Assembly: GCF_021731985.1 (NCBI RefSeq)
Contig: NZ_JAKFWH010000062.1
Coordinates: 30,833-94,832 of the forward strand
From: Nitrosomonas sp.
GTDB taxonomy: Bacteria > Pseudomonadota > Gammaproteobacteria > Burkholderiales > Nitrosomonadaceae
Reading direction: 5' to 3'
DNA: 64,000 bases
Below are positions 30,557-39,024 of this stretch, in pieces (position 1 is the stretch's first letter; each line of letters begins with the position of its first letter). The position numbers and the translations under genes were made by a program. Below the pieces are notes generated by a model that saw only the letters and a program-made list of their open reading frames with translations, had not been told where the DNA came from and searched no databases.

Positions 30557-31215
30557 ATTTAGCATTATTTGATTTGGATAATACACTGATTGCCGGTGAT
30601 AGCGATTTCCAATGGGCGCAATTTTTGATTGAAAAAAAAGCATTGGATCGTGAGCTGCACGAAGCCAAGAACATCGAATTTTACGAGCAATATAAAGCGG
30701 GAACGCTGGATATTCACGAATTTCTGGATTTTCAATTAAAGCCGCTGGCGCGTCATTCACGCGTTCAACTGGAAGCCTGGCGCAGCGAATTCATGTGCAA
30801 GAAGATTATGCCTCTGATTGCGCCGGGAACGCGCCAGTTGATAGAGCGGCATATGCTGGATAATGATCTGTGCATTATTATTACTGCAACCAACAGTTTT
30901 GTCACAGCGCCCATTGCACAGGCATTAGGGGTCAATCATTTGATTGCGACCGAACCGGAAGAAAAAGATGGTGAATTTACCGGCAAGGTGTCGGGTACAC
31001 CTTCTTTCAGGGAAGGAAAAATTGAACGGCTGGAAAACTGGCTGGATGCGCATAATTTAACTTGGTTATCCTTTCTGCGCAGCTGGTTTTATAGTGATTC
31101 CCTCAACGATCTGCCCTTGCTCAGCAAAGTGACGCACCCGGTCGCGGTAGACCCGGATGCTACGCTGAGAAGCCATGCAGAAAGAAATAATTGGCCGATT
31201 ATTAGTTTGCGTTGA
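30553..31215 (+). CDS. HAD-IB family hydrolase
   Basis: FDLDNTL, ITATNSF, FYSDSLNDLPLL; overlaps the hda stop. Confidence 0.9.
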   Translation: MNLALFDLDNTLIAGDSDFQWAQFLIEKKALDRELHEAKNIEFYEQYKAGTLDIHEFLDFQLKPLARHSRVQLEAWRSEFMCKKIMPLIAPGTRQLIERHMLDNDLCIIITATNSFVTAPIAQALGVNHLIATEPEEKDGEFTGKVSGTPSFREGKIERLENWLDAHNLTWLSFLRSWFYSDSLNDLPLLSKVTHPVAVDPDATLRSHAERNNWPIISLR

Positions 31216-31216
31216 T
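30884..31216 (+). repeat. Direct repeat copy 1 (3' half of the HAD gene), 333 bp
   Basis: Matches 31962-32294 with 18 substitutions in a manual alignment. Confidence 0.95.
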
Positions 31217-31320
31217 CAGGTGGATTGACGATTCAGGAAGACCTCTTTATCCGATTGCCCAGAGGAAGGAGTGCAATGTCAAGATGTGATCCCTTTGTTG
31301 CTCGGCCTGCTTGCTTGATT

Positions 31321-31620
31321 TTATTCTACAATTCGATTGAGCCAGTAACCGGGTTTTCTGCTTTGATGCATTACAGCAATCACATAGATTTTTTCGTTTG
31401 ATTGTCTGTAAATTACTGCAAATGGAAAACGGGTAAGGATGTAGCGCCGGAACCCTTTTCTGAATTGGGGCCATACGCCAGGAAGTTCGGCAATGGCTTC
31501 ATAAGCGCTTTCAAGCTCATTGATGAAATCACCGCCCAATCCTTTTGCCTGCGATTCATACCAGACGACCGATTCACGTATATCGCGCGCAACTTCAGGA
31601 TGAAAGTAAACGTTTGTCAC
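31321..31620 (-). CDS. ParE/RelE family toxin
   Basis: FHPEVARDIRESVVWYE...RRYILTRFPFAVIY...IAVMHQSRKPGYW; 4-bp overlap with the upstream antitoxin. Confidence 0.9.
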   Translation of the reverse strand: MTNVYFHPEVARDIRESVVWYESQAKGLGGDFINELESAYEAIAELPGVWPQFRKGFRRYILTRFPFAVIYRQSNEKIYVIAVMHQSRKPGYWLNRIVE

Positions 31621-31844
31621 GACTCACGGTTCAATTTCAGCTTTATTTCTTCCCAGCTAACCGGTTTCACCGCACCGGATTCAAGTTGCGCGAACCGGCG
31701 TTCTGCGACTTGAATCCACGCCTCATCAACATGTTCCTCGTTGGCATCATCCAAACTTGAAATCAAGCAATGCGCAAGCGTAGCTTTTTCATGGGACGAC
31801 AATGTCTTGATATTTTCCAGAATCCATTTCATCTTATCAGGCAT
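31617..31844 (-). CDS. Addiction-module antitoxin component
   Basis: 75 aa, LSSHEKATLAHCLISSLD...AWIQVAERR...GAVKPVSWEEIK; directly upstream of the ParE toxin. Confidence 0.85.
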   Translation of the reverse strand: MPDKMKWILENIKTLSSHEKATLAHCLISSLDDANEEHVDEAWIQVAERRFAQLESGAVKPVSWEEIKLKLNRES

Positions 31845-31929
31845 GATAAACTCTCCGAAACCTTTATTAACATGCAGTTTATCATTGAATGACGAGTTGG
31901 ATTCCGGTATTGATATTTGATAAATCTAT

Positions 31930-31958
31930 CCCGGATGATGCTTGCTTATCCGGGCTAC
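31930..31958 (-). repeat. GTAG-type REP
   Basis: Minus strand GTAG-CCCGGATAAGCAAGCATCATCCGGG: GTAG tag plus imperfect palindrome. Confidence 0.7.
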
Positions 31959-31961
31959 TTG

Positions 31962-32293
31962 CTGCAACCAACAGTTTTGTCACAGCGCCCATTGCGCAGG
32001 CATTAGGGGTCAATCATTTGATTGCGACCGAACCGGAAGAGAAAGATGGCGAATTTACCGGCAAGGTATCGGGTACACCTTCTTTCAGGGAAGGAAAAAT
32101 TGAACGGCTGGAAGATTGGCTGGATGCGCATAATCTAACCTGGTTATCATTCCTGCGCAGCTGGTTTTATAGTGATTCCCTCAACGATTTACCATTACTC
32201 AGCAAAGTGACGCACCCGGTCGCGGTAGACCCGGATGCTACGTTGAGAAGCCACGCGGAAAGAAATAACTGGCCGATTATTAGTTTGCGTTGA
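31962..32293 (+). pseudogene. Duplicated 3' half of the HAD hydrolase gene (no 5' half)
   Basis: 109-codon in-frame copy lacking the catalytic DxD N-terminus; the N-terminus of ORF 31889 is read through a REP. Confidence 0.9.
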
Positions 32294-32461
32294 TGAGGTA
32301 ATTGGCAATTGACTGTTCAGGGAAATGTCTTTTTTCAGATTGATAAGAGGAGGGTGGTGTGATGTCAAGATGCGATCCCTGTGACTTGCTTATTTTCTTG
32401 ATTCCTGACCCCTTATATTTGCCTTATATTCTGGGCTGACTCCATGCCATGTTCAGAAGTT

Positions 32462-32611
32462 GTAGGTTGGGCTGACAAAGGAGGCCCAACATTCACAGTT
32501 CGCGATAAAGAGACACCTTCGTTTTACCGCTGGGAAAGGCTATCGGTTGACAAGAGCCGGGTTTGCTTCATCCCCGTTTGATGTTGGGCTTTCTTTGTCA
32601 GCCCAACCTAC
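32462..32611. repeat. Inverted GTAG-REP doublet (REPIN-like)
   Basis: GTAGGTTGGGCTGACAAAGGAGGCCCAACAT at 32462-32492 and an inverted copy with 2 mismatches at 32581-32611. Confidence 0.85.
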
Positions 32612-32960
32612 CGTGCTTTCACGCCCCAACCCTTACCAATCGCGGTATACACAATATAATTGCATAACTCATTGATAAATCGCAGATAACCAACTCAGCC
32701 GCCTGCAAACATCAGGGCTCGCGCTTGAATGATTGAGCAGCCGTAGCTGGTTCTGTCAAATCCGGTAATGCCAGTTCAAGCGCATCTTTTTGCCCGAATC
32801 GATACTGCAGATAACCGCTGCTGGCTGAAAAATTATTGGAAGCACATGCCGAAACCATTTTTTTACCGAGCGAGCAAGAAAATATAATTTGTTCCCGCTC
32901 ATGACAAAGCGATTCTGTCGCCCAAACAGGTAAAGCAGTCAGAAAACTAAATAACGCTTT
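32612..32960 (-). pseudogene. Degraded secreted hypothetical protein gene
   Basis: Manual translation: ALPVWATESLCHEREQIIFSCSLGKKMVSACAS...GYLQYRFGQKDALEL [frameshift] LMFAGG*VGYLRFINELCNYIVYTAIGKGWGVKA; no in-frame start; ends at the REP. Confidence 0.55.
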
Positions 32961-33121
32961 GATTTTAGGAGATTCGTTATTTTTGAGTTATTATCAGAAA
33001 CGAGACTTAGAAATAAAAAATTGCGTTATTTAGCTTTAGTCTAAGGTCATGAGAATATTTTTTCTTATCAACAAGCTTATGTTATAAATAATGGACACTA
33101 ACAATAATAGAGGGTAACAAA

Positions 33122-36100
33122 ATGAGTGCTTTCCCAGCAGGTGATTTTCAAAATCCTTTAGCAGGCCTAGAGAAATATTGGAAAAGTCAGGGTTACAATG
33201 AACCAAATCCAGATTTTAGTGATAAATACCATATAGGTGAGGACTGGACTTCCGGAACTGGCGACAGTGACATAGGGGACTCGATCAGGGCAGCTGACTA
33301 TGGAGTGGTCGTTTACCGGGGAAAACCAAGTGATGATTGGGGAAATGTAGTCATAATCCAACATACGCTTCTGACAGGAGAGATTGTAAGCACGATTTAC
33401 GCCCATCTGGAAGAGTTCTCTGTGTCAGAAGGTGATGTGGTGATTAAGGGTATGGTAATAGGCACCTTGGGGAATGCAGATAACTATTATCCTAACGCGG
33501 CCCATTTACATTTCGGTGTTTACCTCGGCGCAATTGATTCTCCTGGAGCGGGTTACTCTCCTTCTAAAGATACCGATCCATATAACAGCGGATACGTCGA
33601 TCCTAGCTACTTTCTTGAAAATCATTCATCACCCGGTTTAGAACTTTCCGGACCTTTAGGCGGCAACGACACAATATATGGCGGAAAGGGGAATGATGGT
33701 TTATCAAGTCTGGCGGGTACTAGCAACACTTTTCTCGGTAGAGCAGGGGATGATACCTACGTTGTACAAAGTCTGGAAGACATAGTCCTGGAGACCACAT
33801 CGCTAACTAGTTCAAAGGACGCTGGTGGAATCGATACTGTTATCAGTTCGGTAAGCTGGACGCTCGCAAGCTACATCGAAAATCTGATCTTGGCGCCGTA
33901 TGCAATGGACGGAACAGGAAATTCCCTGAATAACACAATAAATGGAAATGAATATTCTAATGTAATTAAAGGTTTATCTGGCATCGATACTCTCATCGGC
34001 GGCGCAGGTATCGACACTCTCAACGGCGGCACAGGCAACGACACTCTCATCGGCGGGATAGGTAAGGATTTACTTGTGGGCGGCCCAGATTCTGACATTT
34101 TTGACTTTAATGCACTTAATGAGATGAGCTCAACCACATCCACAGCCGATACCATTATCGACTTCTCTCCTGGCGTGGACAAGATAGATCTTTCAACGCT
34201 GGATGCTAATGCAACCACTCCTTCACATGATGCTTTCACGCTTATAACGGCTTTTGAACCTAGACCATTTATTTTCTGGACTACCGGTCAAGTGATGCTC
34301 TGGCATGGTGTTCTTTATGGCAATACGGATAATGATATTGCTGCGGAGTTTGCGGTCAATTTAACAGGAATAAGTTCACTAACAACCAGCGACTTGATAC
34401 TTTATTCTGATTTAGGCTCTACATTCACGCTTACAAATTCTACAGATAATATCACTGGTACTTCTAAGAGCGATATCTTCATTGGTGACAACGTTTCTAC
34501 TTCTGCTGGCGATACCTTGAATGGTGGATCAGGTACTGATACGCTGAAAATATTTGGTACAAATACTGTTCCCAATATTTCTGGTATTGAACAACTTTAT
34601 TACAATGCGCCGGGCGGTGCTCTTGATTTGTCAGCTAAATCCGACGTGACCTCGATTGAGGTAGATGGTTTTGGCACACAGACATTAGCTACTGGCAACG
34701 GACAAGTGGTCAAATTAACCAATCAAGTTGGTGGTACAACAGCTACCCTTGCAGGTAATACTCCAACGAGCTTGGCGTTAACGCTGGACAAAGCTGGTAG
34801 TGCAACAGTTGACGCGACGGTTGCTTTAACGGGTACTGCATTAACACAATTGGATGTTACTGCCTCTGGAAATGATAGTTATATTACGTTGACTAACGCT
34901 GGTGCTAAACTTGAGACCATCAATATTGCTGGTGCCAAGACTTTGGATCTTCAGCATGCTTTGACGACTGTAAAAACGATCAACGCAGGGACCGCAACTG
35001 GTAATGTATTGATTAGCGGCATTGGCGCTTCCAATCTCGCCTTCACTGGCGGCTCGGGCAATGATATGATTGTGATGGGCGCAACCATTACTGCTTCAGA
35101 TGTGCTGAAAGGTGGTACAGGGACTGATACACTGAGCGTTTCTGATGCCGATACCGTTGATACCGCTGCTGAAGTAATTGGCCTCACTGAGTTTGAAACT
35201 TTTGAAGTTGCCGGTGCAGATGCGACTACCTACAATCTGGCTATTATCGGTGCGGAAAATACCCTTACTGGTTTAGTTATCAGTGAAACGGGTGGTCGTG
35301 CAACGGTTTCAAATATTAATGCAGCTACAACCGGTAATATCTCAATCACCGGAGCAGCACCAACAACCCTCACCTTAACTGCAAGTGACTTTGTATCAGG
35401 TGGTACTAGTGACACGGCAACCATTTCATTGGACAACAGTACAACTAAGAGTGGTACGGGTATCGATGTGACTTCTCTGGTTTTCGCAAATGCTGACGTT
35501 ATCAACTTGAAATCCATTGGTGATGGTTCTTCTACCAAAACAGTAGGCGGCGCAGAAGAAAACTCAGTTATTCTGACAGCAGCCGATGTTGAGAAAGTGG
35601 TCATTAATGGTGATGAAGCGCTGAGTTTCGCAACAGCTACGGGTACCAAACCAACAGAAGTTGATGCTTCCGGATTGACCAATGATGCGGCAGTGACCAT
35701 TGATACCGATGCATCGGCAATTACTTCACTGTTGGTTAAAAGCACAGGAAAAAATGACACCATCGATATTGATAATGCTGCGACCGTAACTTCAACCTTA
35801 TACTTAGGCGGTGGTTCGGATACCGTTACAGTTGATGGGGGTGGTACTGATGCGCATACCTTGATTTACACAGCAACCGCTTTGAATGCAGGTGATATTA
35901 AGGCAGGAAATTCTTCAACACTGGCTTTAAGGGGTGTTGCGGCAGGTGATACCGTGACGATTAACTTCTCGTCTGCCTTGGAAGCGCTGTTGAAGAGCGG
36001 CAGTACGTTGTTGTCGGCAACTGGTGCTAACATCAATGTTCATGGTACAACACTTAGTGCTACTTCGAATATTGCTGCAGCAGAAGCGGGTGGTAACATG

Positions 36101-36238
36101 ACCCTTCAAATTGATTTGAATGGCGATGGTGCTTACGCCGCCGCAGATGATTATCAACTGACGATTACCGGTACAGGTCTCGATGATACGTTTGTTTATA
36201 TCGCTTCAACAGACACCTTGGTATTCACAGTGGTATAA
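33122..36238 (+). CDS. M23 peptidase - RTX Ca-binding repeats - S-layer-like protein (probable T1SS substrate)
   Basis: HIGED, IYAHL and HLHF M23 zinc motifs; GGxGxDxLx nonapeptides; serralysin-type C-domain ending TSDLIL (aa 427); Thr/Ala/Gly-rich RsaA-like remainder; no signal peptide. Confidence 0.8.
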   Translation: MSAFPAGDFQNPLAGLEKYWKSQGYNEPNPDFSDKYHIGEDWTSGTGDSDIGDSIRAADYGVVVYRGKPSDDWGNVVIIQHTLLTGEIVSTIYAHLEEFSVSEGDVVIKGMVIGTLGNADNYYPNAAHLHFGVYLGAIDSPGAGYSPSKDTDPYNSGYVDPSYFLENHSSPGLELSGPLGGNDTIYGGKGNDGLSSLAGTSNTFLGRAGDDTYVVQSLEDIVLETTSLTSSKDAGGIDTVISSVSWTLASYIENLILAPYAMDGTGNSLNNTINGNEYSNVIKGLSGIDTLIGGAGIDTLNGGTGNDTLIGGIGKDLLVGGPDSDIFDFNALNEMSSTTSTADTIIDFSPGVDKIDLSTLDANATTPSHDAFTLITAFEPRPFIFWTTGQVMLWHGVLYGNTDNDIAAEFAVNLTGISSLTTSDLILYSDLGSTFTLTNSTDNITGTSKSDIFIGDNVSTSAGDTLNGGSGTDTLKIFGTNTVPNISGIEQLYYNAPGGALDLSAKSDVTSIEVDGFGTQTLATGNGQVVKLTNQVGGTTATLAGNTPTSLALTLDKAGSATVDATVALTGTALTQLDVTASGNDSYITLTNAGAKLETINIAGAKTLDLQHALTTVKTINAGTATGNVLISGIGASNLAFTGGSGNDMIVMGATITASDVLKGGTGTDTLSVSDADTVDTAAEVIGLTEFETFEVAGADATTYNLAIIGAENTLTGLVISETGGRATVSNINAATTGNISITGAAPTTLTLTASDFVSGGTSDTATISLDNSTTKSGTGIDVTSLVFANADVINLKSIGDGSSTKTVGGAEENSVILTAADVEKVVINGDEALSFATATGTKPTEVDASGLTNDAAVTIDTDASAITSLLVKSTGKNDTIDIDNAATVTSTLYLGGGSDTVTVDGGGTDAHTLIYTATALNAGDIKAGNSSTLALRGVAAGDTVTINFSSALEALLKSGSTLLSATGANINVHGTTLSATSNIAAAEAGGNMTLQIDLNGDGAYAAADDYQLTITGTGLDDTFVYIASTDTLVFTVV

Positions 36239-36259
36239 AGTATTCACAGTGGTATAAAG
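36221..36259 (+). repeat. 19-bp tandem duplication spanning the stop codon
   Basis: GTATTCACAGTGGTATAAA twice (36221-36239, 36240-36258). Confidence 0.9.
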
Positions 36260-36399
36260 AAGCAAGCTGTAAAGAGTTTTTTAGTAAACTGTTTATAGTA
36301 GAGGAAAAATAGGGTCTACCATCATATTTTGCAGGATGACAGGCCACAGAACCATAGTTTAATATAGCAAACGGACGGGGATGTGGCTCATGGGGTCGC

Positions 36400-37448
36400 C
36401 ACATTCAACCTGCAAGTGCACCACGCGCTATCCTAAACATCTCGTAGGGTGTTTTGTAATTTAAACATTTTCTGGGGCGATTGTTGAGTCGTTTTTCAAT
36501 ACGATTAATTTCGGCAGCAGTGATATTGTTAAAATTAGTGCCTTTAGGCAAATAGCGTCTAATAAGACCGTTTACTTGTTCAACAGAACCTTTCTCCCAG
36601 CTATGGTAGGGTTCACAGAAGAAAGACTGTATGCCCAGTCTGTCGTTGATTTCCTGATGCAGTACATTTTCAGAGCCGTTATCATAAGTAATGCTCTTGA
36701 CCAGTTCTTCAGGATGATTCGATAATCGACGAATAACTGCTGATTTTGTTTCCCTTGCGGTTTTATTCTTCATCAATGATATGTTCACCAAACGAGTAGC
36801 TCTTTCTATTATGACGTTCAATCCAGATTTCCTGTCACTCCCGACTACAGAATCACTTTCCCAGTGACCAATTATTTCACGTTTGTCGACCTGCACTGGC
36901 CGCAGCGCTATAGATACCCGGTTTTTAATACGTTCAGCAGTACTGCGATAAGGATTCTTGGTCCGTCTTTTTTTATGTTTCCTGGTTAAGCACTCAATGA
37001 GATCAGGCGCCTGAATGTAGATGTATTGATAAATTGATTCATGACATATGTATTCCTCAGAACCAGAAACTTTTAATCGGCCAGCAATTAATTCAGGTGT
37101 CCAACCGATAGCTAACTTTTTATGCACGAAGCGTCTTATTGATTCCGTCTTCAAACGATACCGCTGAGCGCGTCGTTTTAACCGATGCTCATAAATCTCC
37201 TGGGCGCCCCTGATGTAATAATGCCGGCCGCACCAAAGATTGCGCCTAAGTTCCCGACTAATTGTCGTATGCGAACGATTAAGGCGGCGTCCAATTTCTC
37301 TCAGTGATACCCCTCGATTTTTCCAGTCTTTGATTAGGGTCCTTTCTGTTTTATTCAAATGGAAGTAATGTATTACCATGTCGCACCTCTGTTATCCAGT
37401 TAGTTAATGATACTTAGGATACGGTGGTGCACTTGATTTTTGAATATG
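36400..37448 (-). mobile_element. IS30-family insertion sequence
   Basis: Imperfect TIRs ATTCAACCTGCAAGTGCACCAC (36403-36424) vs ATTCAAAAATCAAGTGCACCAC (reverse complement, ending 37445), 18/22; exact ends and TSD uncertain. Confidence 0.85.
36405..37379 (-). CDS. IS30-family transposase
   Basis: HTH (SLREIGRRLNRSHTTISRELRRN), GHWESD, ITYDNGSE, WEKGSVEQVNGLIRRYLPKG. Confidence 0.95.
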   Translation of the reverse strand: MVIHYFHLNKTERTLIKDWKNRGVSLREIGRRLNRSHTTISRELRRNLWCGRHYYIRGAQEIYEHRLKRRAQRYRLKTESIRRFVHKKLAIGWTPELIAGRLKVSGSEEYICHESIYQYIYIQAPDLIECLTRKHKKRRTKNPYRSTAERIKNRVSIALRPVQVDKREIIGHWESDSVVGSDRKSGLNVIIERATRLVNISLMKNKTARETKSAVIRRLSNHPEELVKSITYDNGSENVLHQEINDRLGIQSFFCEPYHSWEKGSVEQVNGLIRRYLPKGTNFNNITAAEINRIEKRLNNRPRKCLNYKTPYEMFRIARGALAG

Positions 37449-37612
37449 CTGGTCAGCGGCTGGGGAGAAGCATGGGGCCAGGTCGCGAATTGAGAATATA
37501 GCCGATGAATTAAATATGATTTGTGTTTTGTGACTTTGCTGTGTGTGATGCACTTGCAGATTGAATGTGGACATATGACTTATATTTTACCCATAAAATA
37601 ATCAAGAAACCA

Positions 37613-38623
37613 CTAACCCGCCTTCGCTCGTGACACCATAACTTTTACCGCTGGAGTCATGTTAACCGGCACAAGCTTGGTATCTTTATGGGCATTCTGG
37701 AACACCCGGAATACTTCATCAGAGAAAGCCTGCCCAATTTCTTCAACCCCATCGAAGTCCAGAATTACTGTTTTAAATTTATCAAAACGGAATATCAGTC
37801 TTTTAGCCTGTGATCTGGATACAAGCTTTTCACCTTCGTATTGCGCCAATCGAACAGGTACAATTGTTTTGGCGAATGTGTACTCTTCAGGTACCGCAAA
37901 TTTGTCGAAAATCTCTTTTGTTGTACGTGCGCTGTCATTCATTAGGCGCATTACTACAAGCGTACCCGGCGCATCCTTTGGGCGTTCAATCAACATATCG
38001 TCCAATCCGTCTTCATGCATAAAATGCAGGCTTCCAGATCGTATATCAAAAAGATCGAATACTTTGCTGGAAAAGAAGATTTCTTCTCCGGAATGGTTTG
38101 CCGGGTCTGTTGTGAATTTTCCCTTTGCCAGTTCCAAGATTGCTTCGCGCGGATCAAATAGGCCAAGCGCCTTCTGGATTTTATTGAATATGCCTTCACC
38201 ATCATCCGCAACCCAAGCCTGCGTATATAAGGCAGTTCGCGCACCCCAAACGGTAATCTTATTAGCGCCAGAATGATCAATCGCATTGTTGACCATCTCA
38301 GTAAATCCATAGCGCCAAATATCTCGCACATTCTCTGACAAGTCTTTCACCATCGGCGCAAATAAAGAAATCCAAACTCTATCTTCGGATAAACCTGCTC
38401 TATCGTATTCCTGATAAACGCGATCCAACTCAGAAAGTACATACACAACACCTCGCCCAACAACTCCGTGCTTTACAATCAAACCATTAGATGTCGCGGC
38501 TCTCAATCTTGCACTAGCAGATTGACGGGATATACCTAAAGCACTGGCAAGCCTGACGGAAACATTTTTCGGGTCATTGGATACAATCTTTAGCAGGATG
38601 CGAGTGGGTTCATTAATCAGCAT
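37613..38623 (-). CDS. wHTH + histidine-kinase-like ATPase + STAS-like (DUF4325) protein
   Basis: LASALGISRQSASARL HTH; FTEMVNNAIDHS (N box), DDGEGI (G1), HSGEEIFF (G2-like); C-terminal LVSRSQAKRL...ILDFDGVEEIGQAFSDEVF. Confidence 0.8.
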   Translation of the reverse strand: MLINEPTRILLKIVSNDPKNVSVRLASALGISRQSASARLRAATSNGLIVKHGVVGRGVVYVLSELDRVYQEYDRAGLSEDRVWISLFAPMVKDLSENVRDIWRYGFTEMVNNAIDHSGANKITVWGARTALYTQAWVADDGEGIFNKIQKALGLFDPREAILELAKGKFTTDPANHSGEEIFFSSKVFDLFDIRSGSLHFMHEDGLDDMLIERPKDAPGTLVVMRLMNDSARTTKEIFDKFAVPEEYTFAKTIVPVRLAQYEGEKLVSRSQAKRLIFRFDKFKTVILDFDGVEEIGQAFSDEVFRVFQNAHKDTKLVPVNMTPAVKVMVSRAKAG

Positions 38624-38631
38624 TTGATATT

Positions 38632-38741
38632 TTAAACGTAAAGGTTATTTTGATTAATTGTAAACCTATTTGAGTTTAATTGGAAAGGTGTTGCAGAATA
38701 AATGTAAAGTTGGGGTGATATAAATGTAAAGCATTAGAAGA
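38632..38741. promoter_or_regulatory. Five direct repeats (wTAAwTGTAAAG) at exact 22-bp period
   Basis: Cores at 38637 CGTAAA, 38659 TGTAAA, 38681 TGGAAA, 38703 TGTAAA, 38725 TGTAAA, directly upstream of the HTH gene start. Confidence 0.7.
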
Positions 38742-38797
38742 AAAATCAAACTGAGGCACTGCCATTTTTTGAGGAAGCTCAATAATGAAACTTACTG

Positions 38798-38832
38798 TAA
38801 TCCCTAATTTTCCATTAGAAAATTAGGGATTA
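38798..38832. other. Perfect 15-bp inverted repeat (operator or terminator)
   Basis: TAATCCCTAATTTTC-CATTA-GAAAATTAGGGATTA. Confidence 0.7.
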
Positions 38833-39024
38833 AGAGAGGTTGCGTTTCCCTGCATCGAAAATCGATATTACCTGGCAAAACAGATCACAAGTTTCGTGAT
38901 TGTTATTTTTTTAACCATTATTACCCATTAGAGAAATGATCAGCTTTCAAACGCAAACTTCTCCTTCCGCATTGGTTGATGCGAACGAAGAAGTTTGCTG
39001 ATGATGCGGTGAATCGTGACAGAC

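Noticed and set aside
31889-32293. 134-aa ORF as a functional second HAD enzyme
   Set aside because: Its first 24 residues are read through a REP and it lacks the catalytic DxD motif; treated as a duplicated fragment.
32360-32412. GGGGTCAGG-like motif, also near 31278, 36389 and 37473
   Set aside because: The matches are short and degenerate; I cannot define an element without a genome-wide search.
38632-38741. CRISPR array
   Set aside because: The 12-bp cores and 10-bp spacers are far too short and there are no cas genes; the REP clusters also lack repeat-spacer structure.
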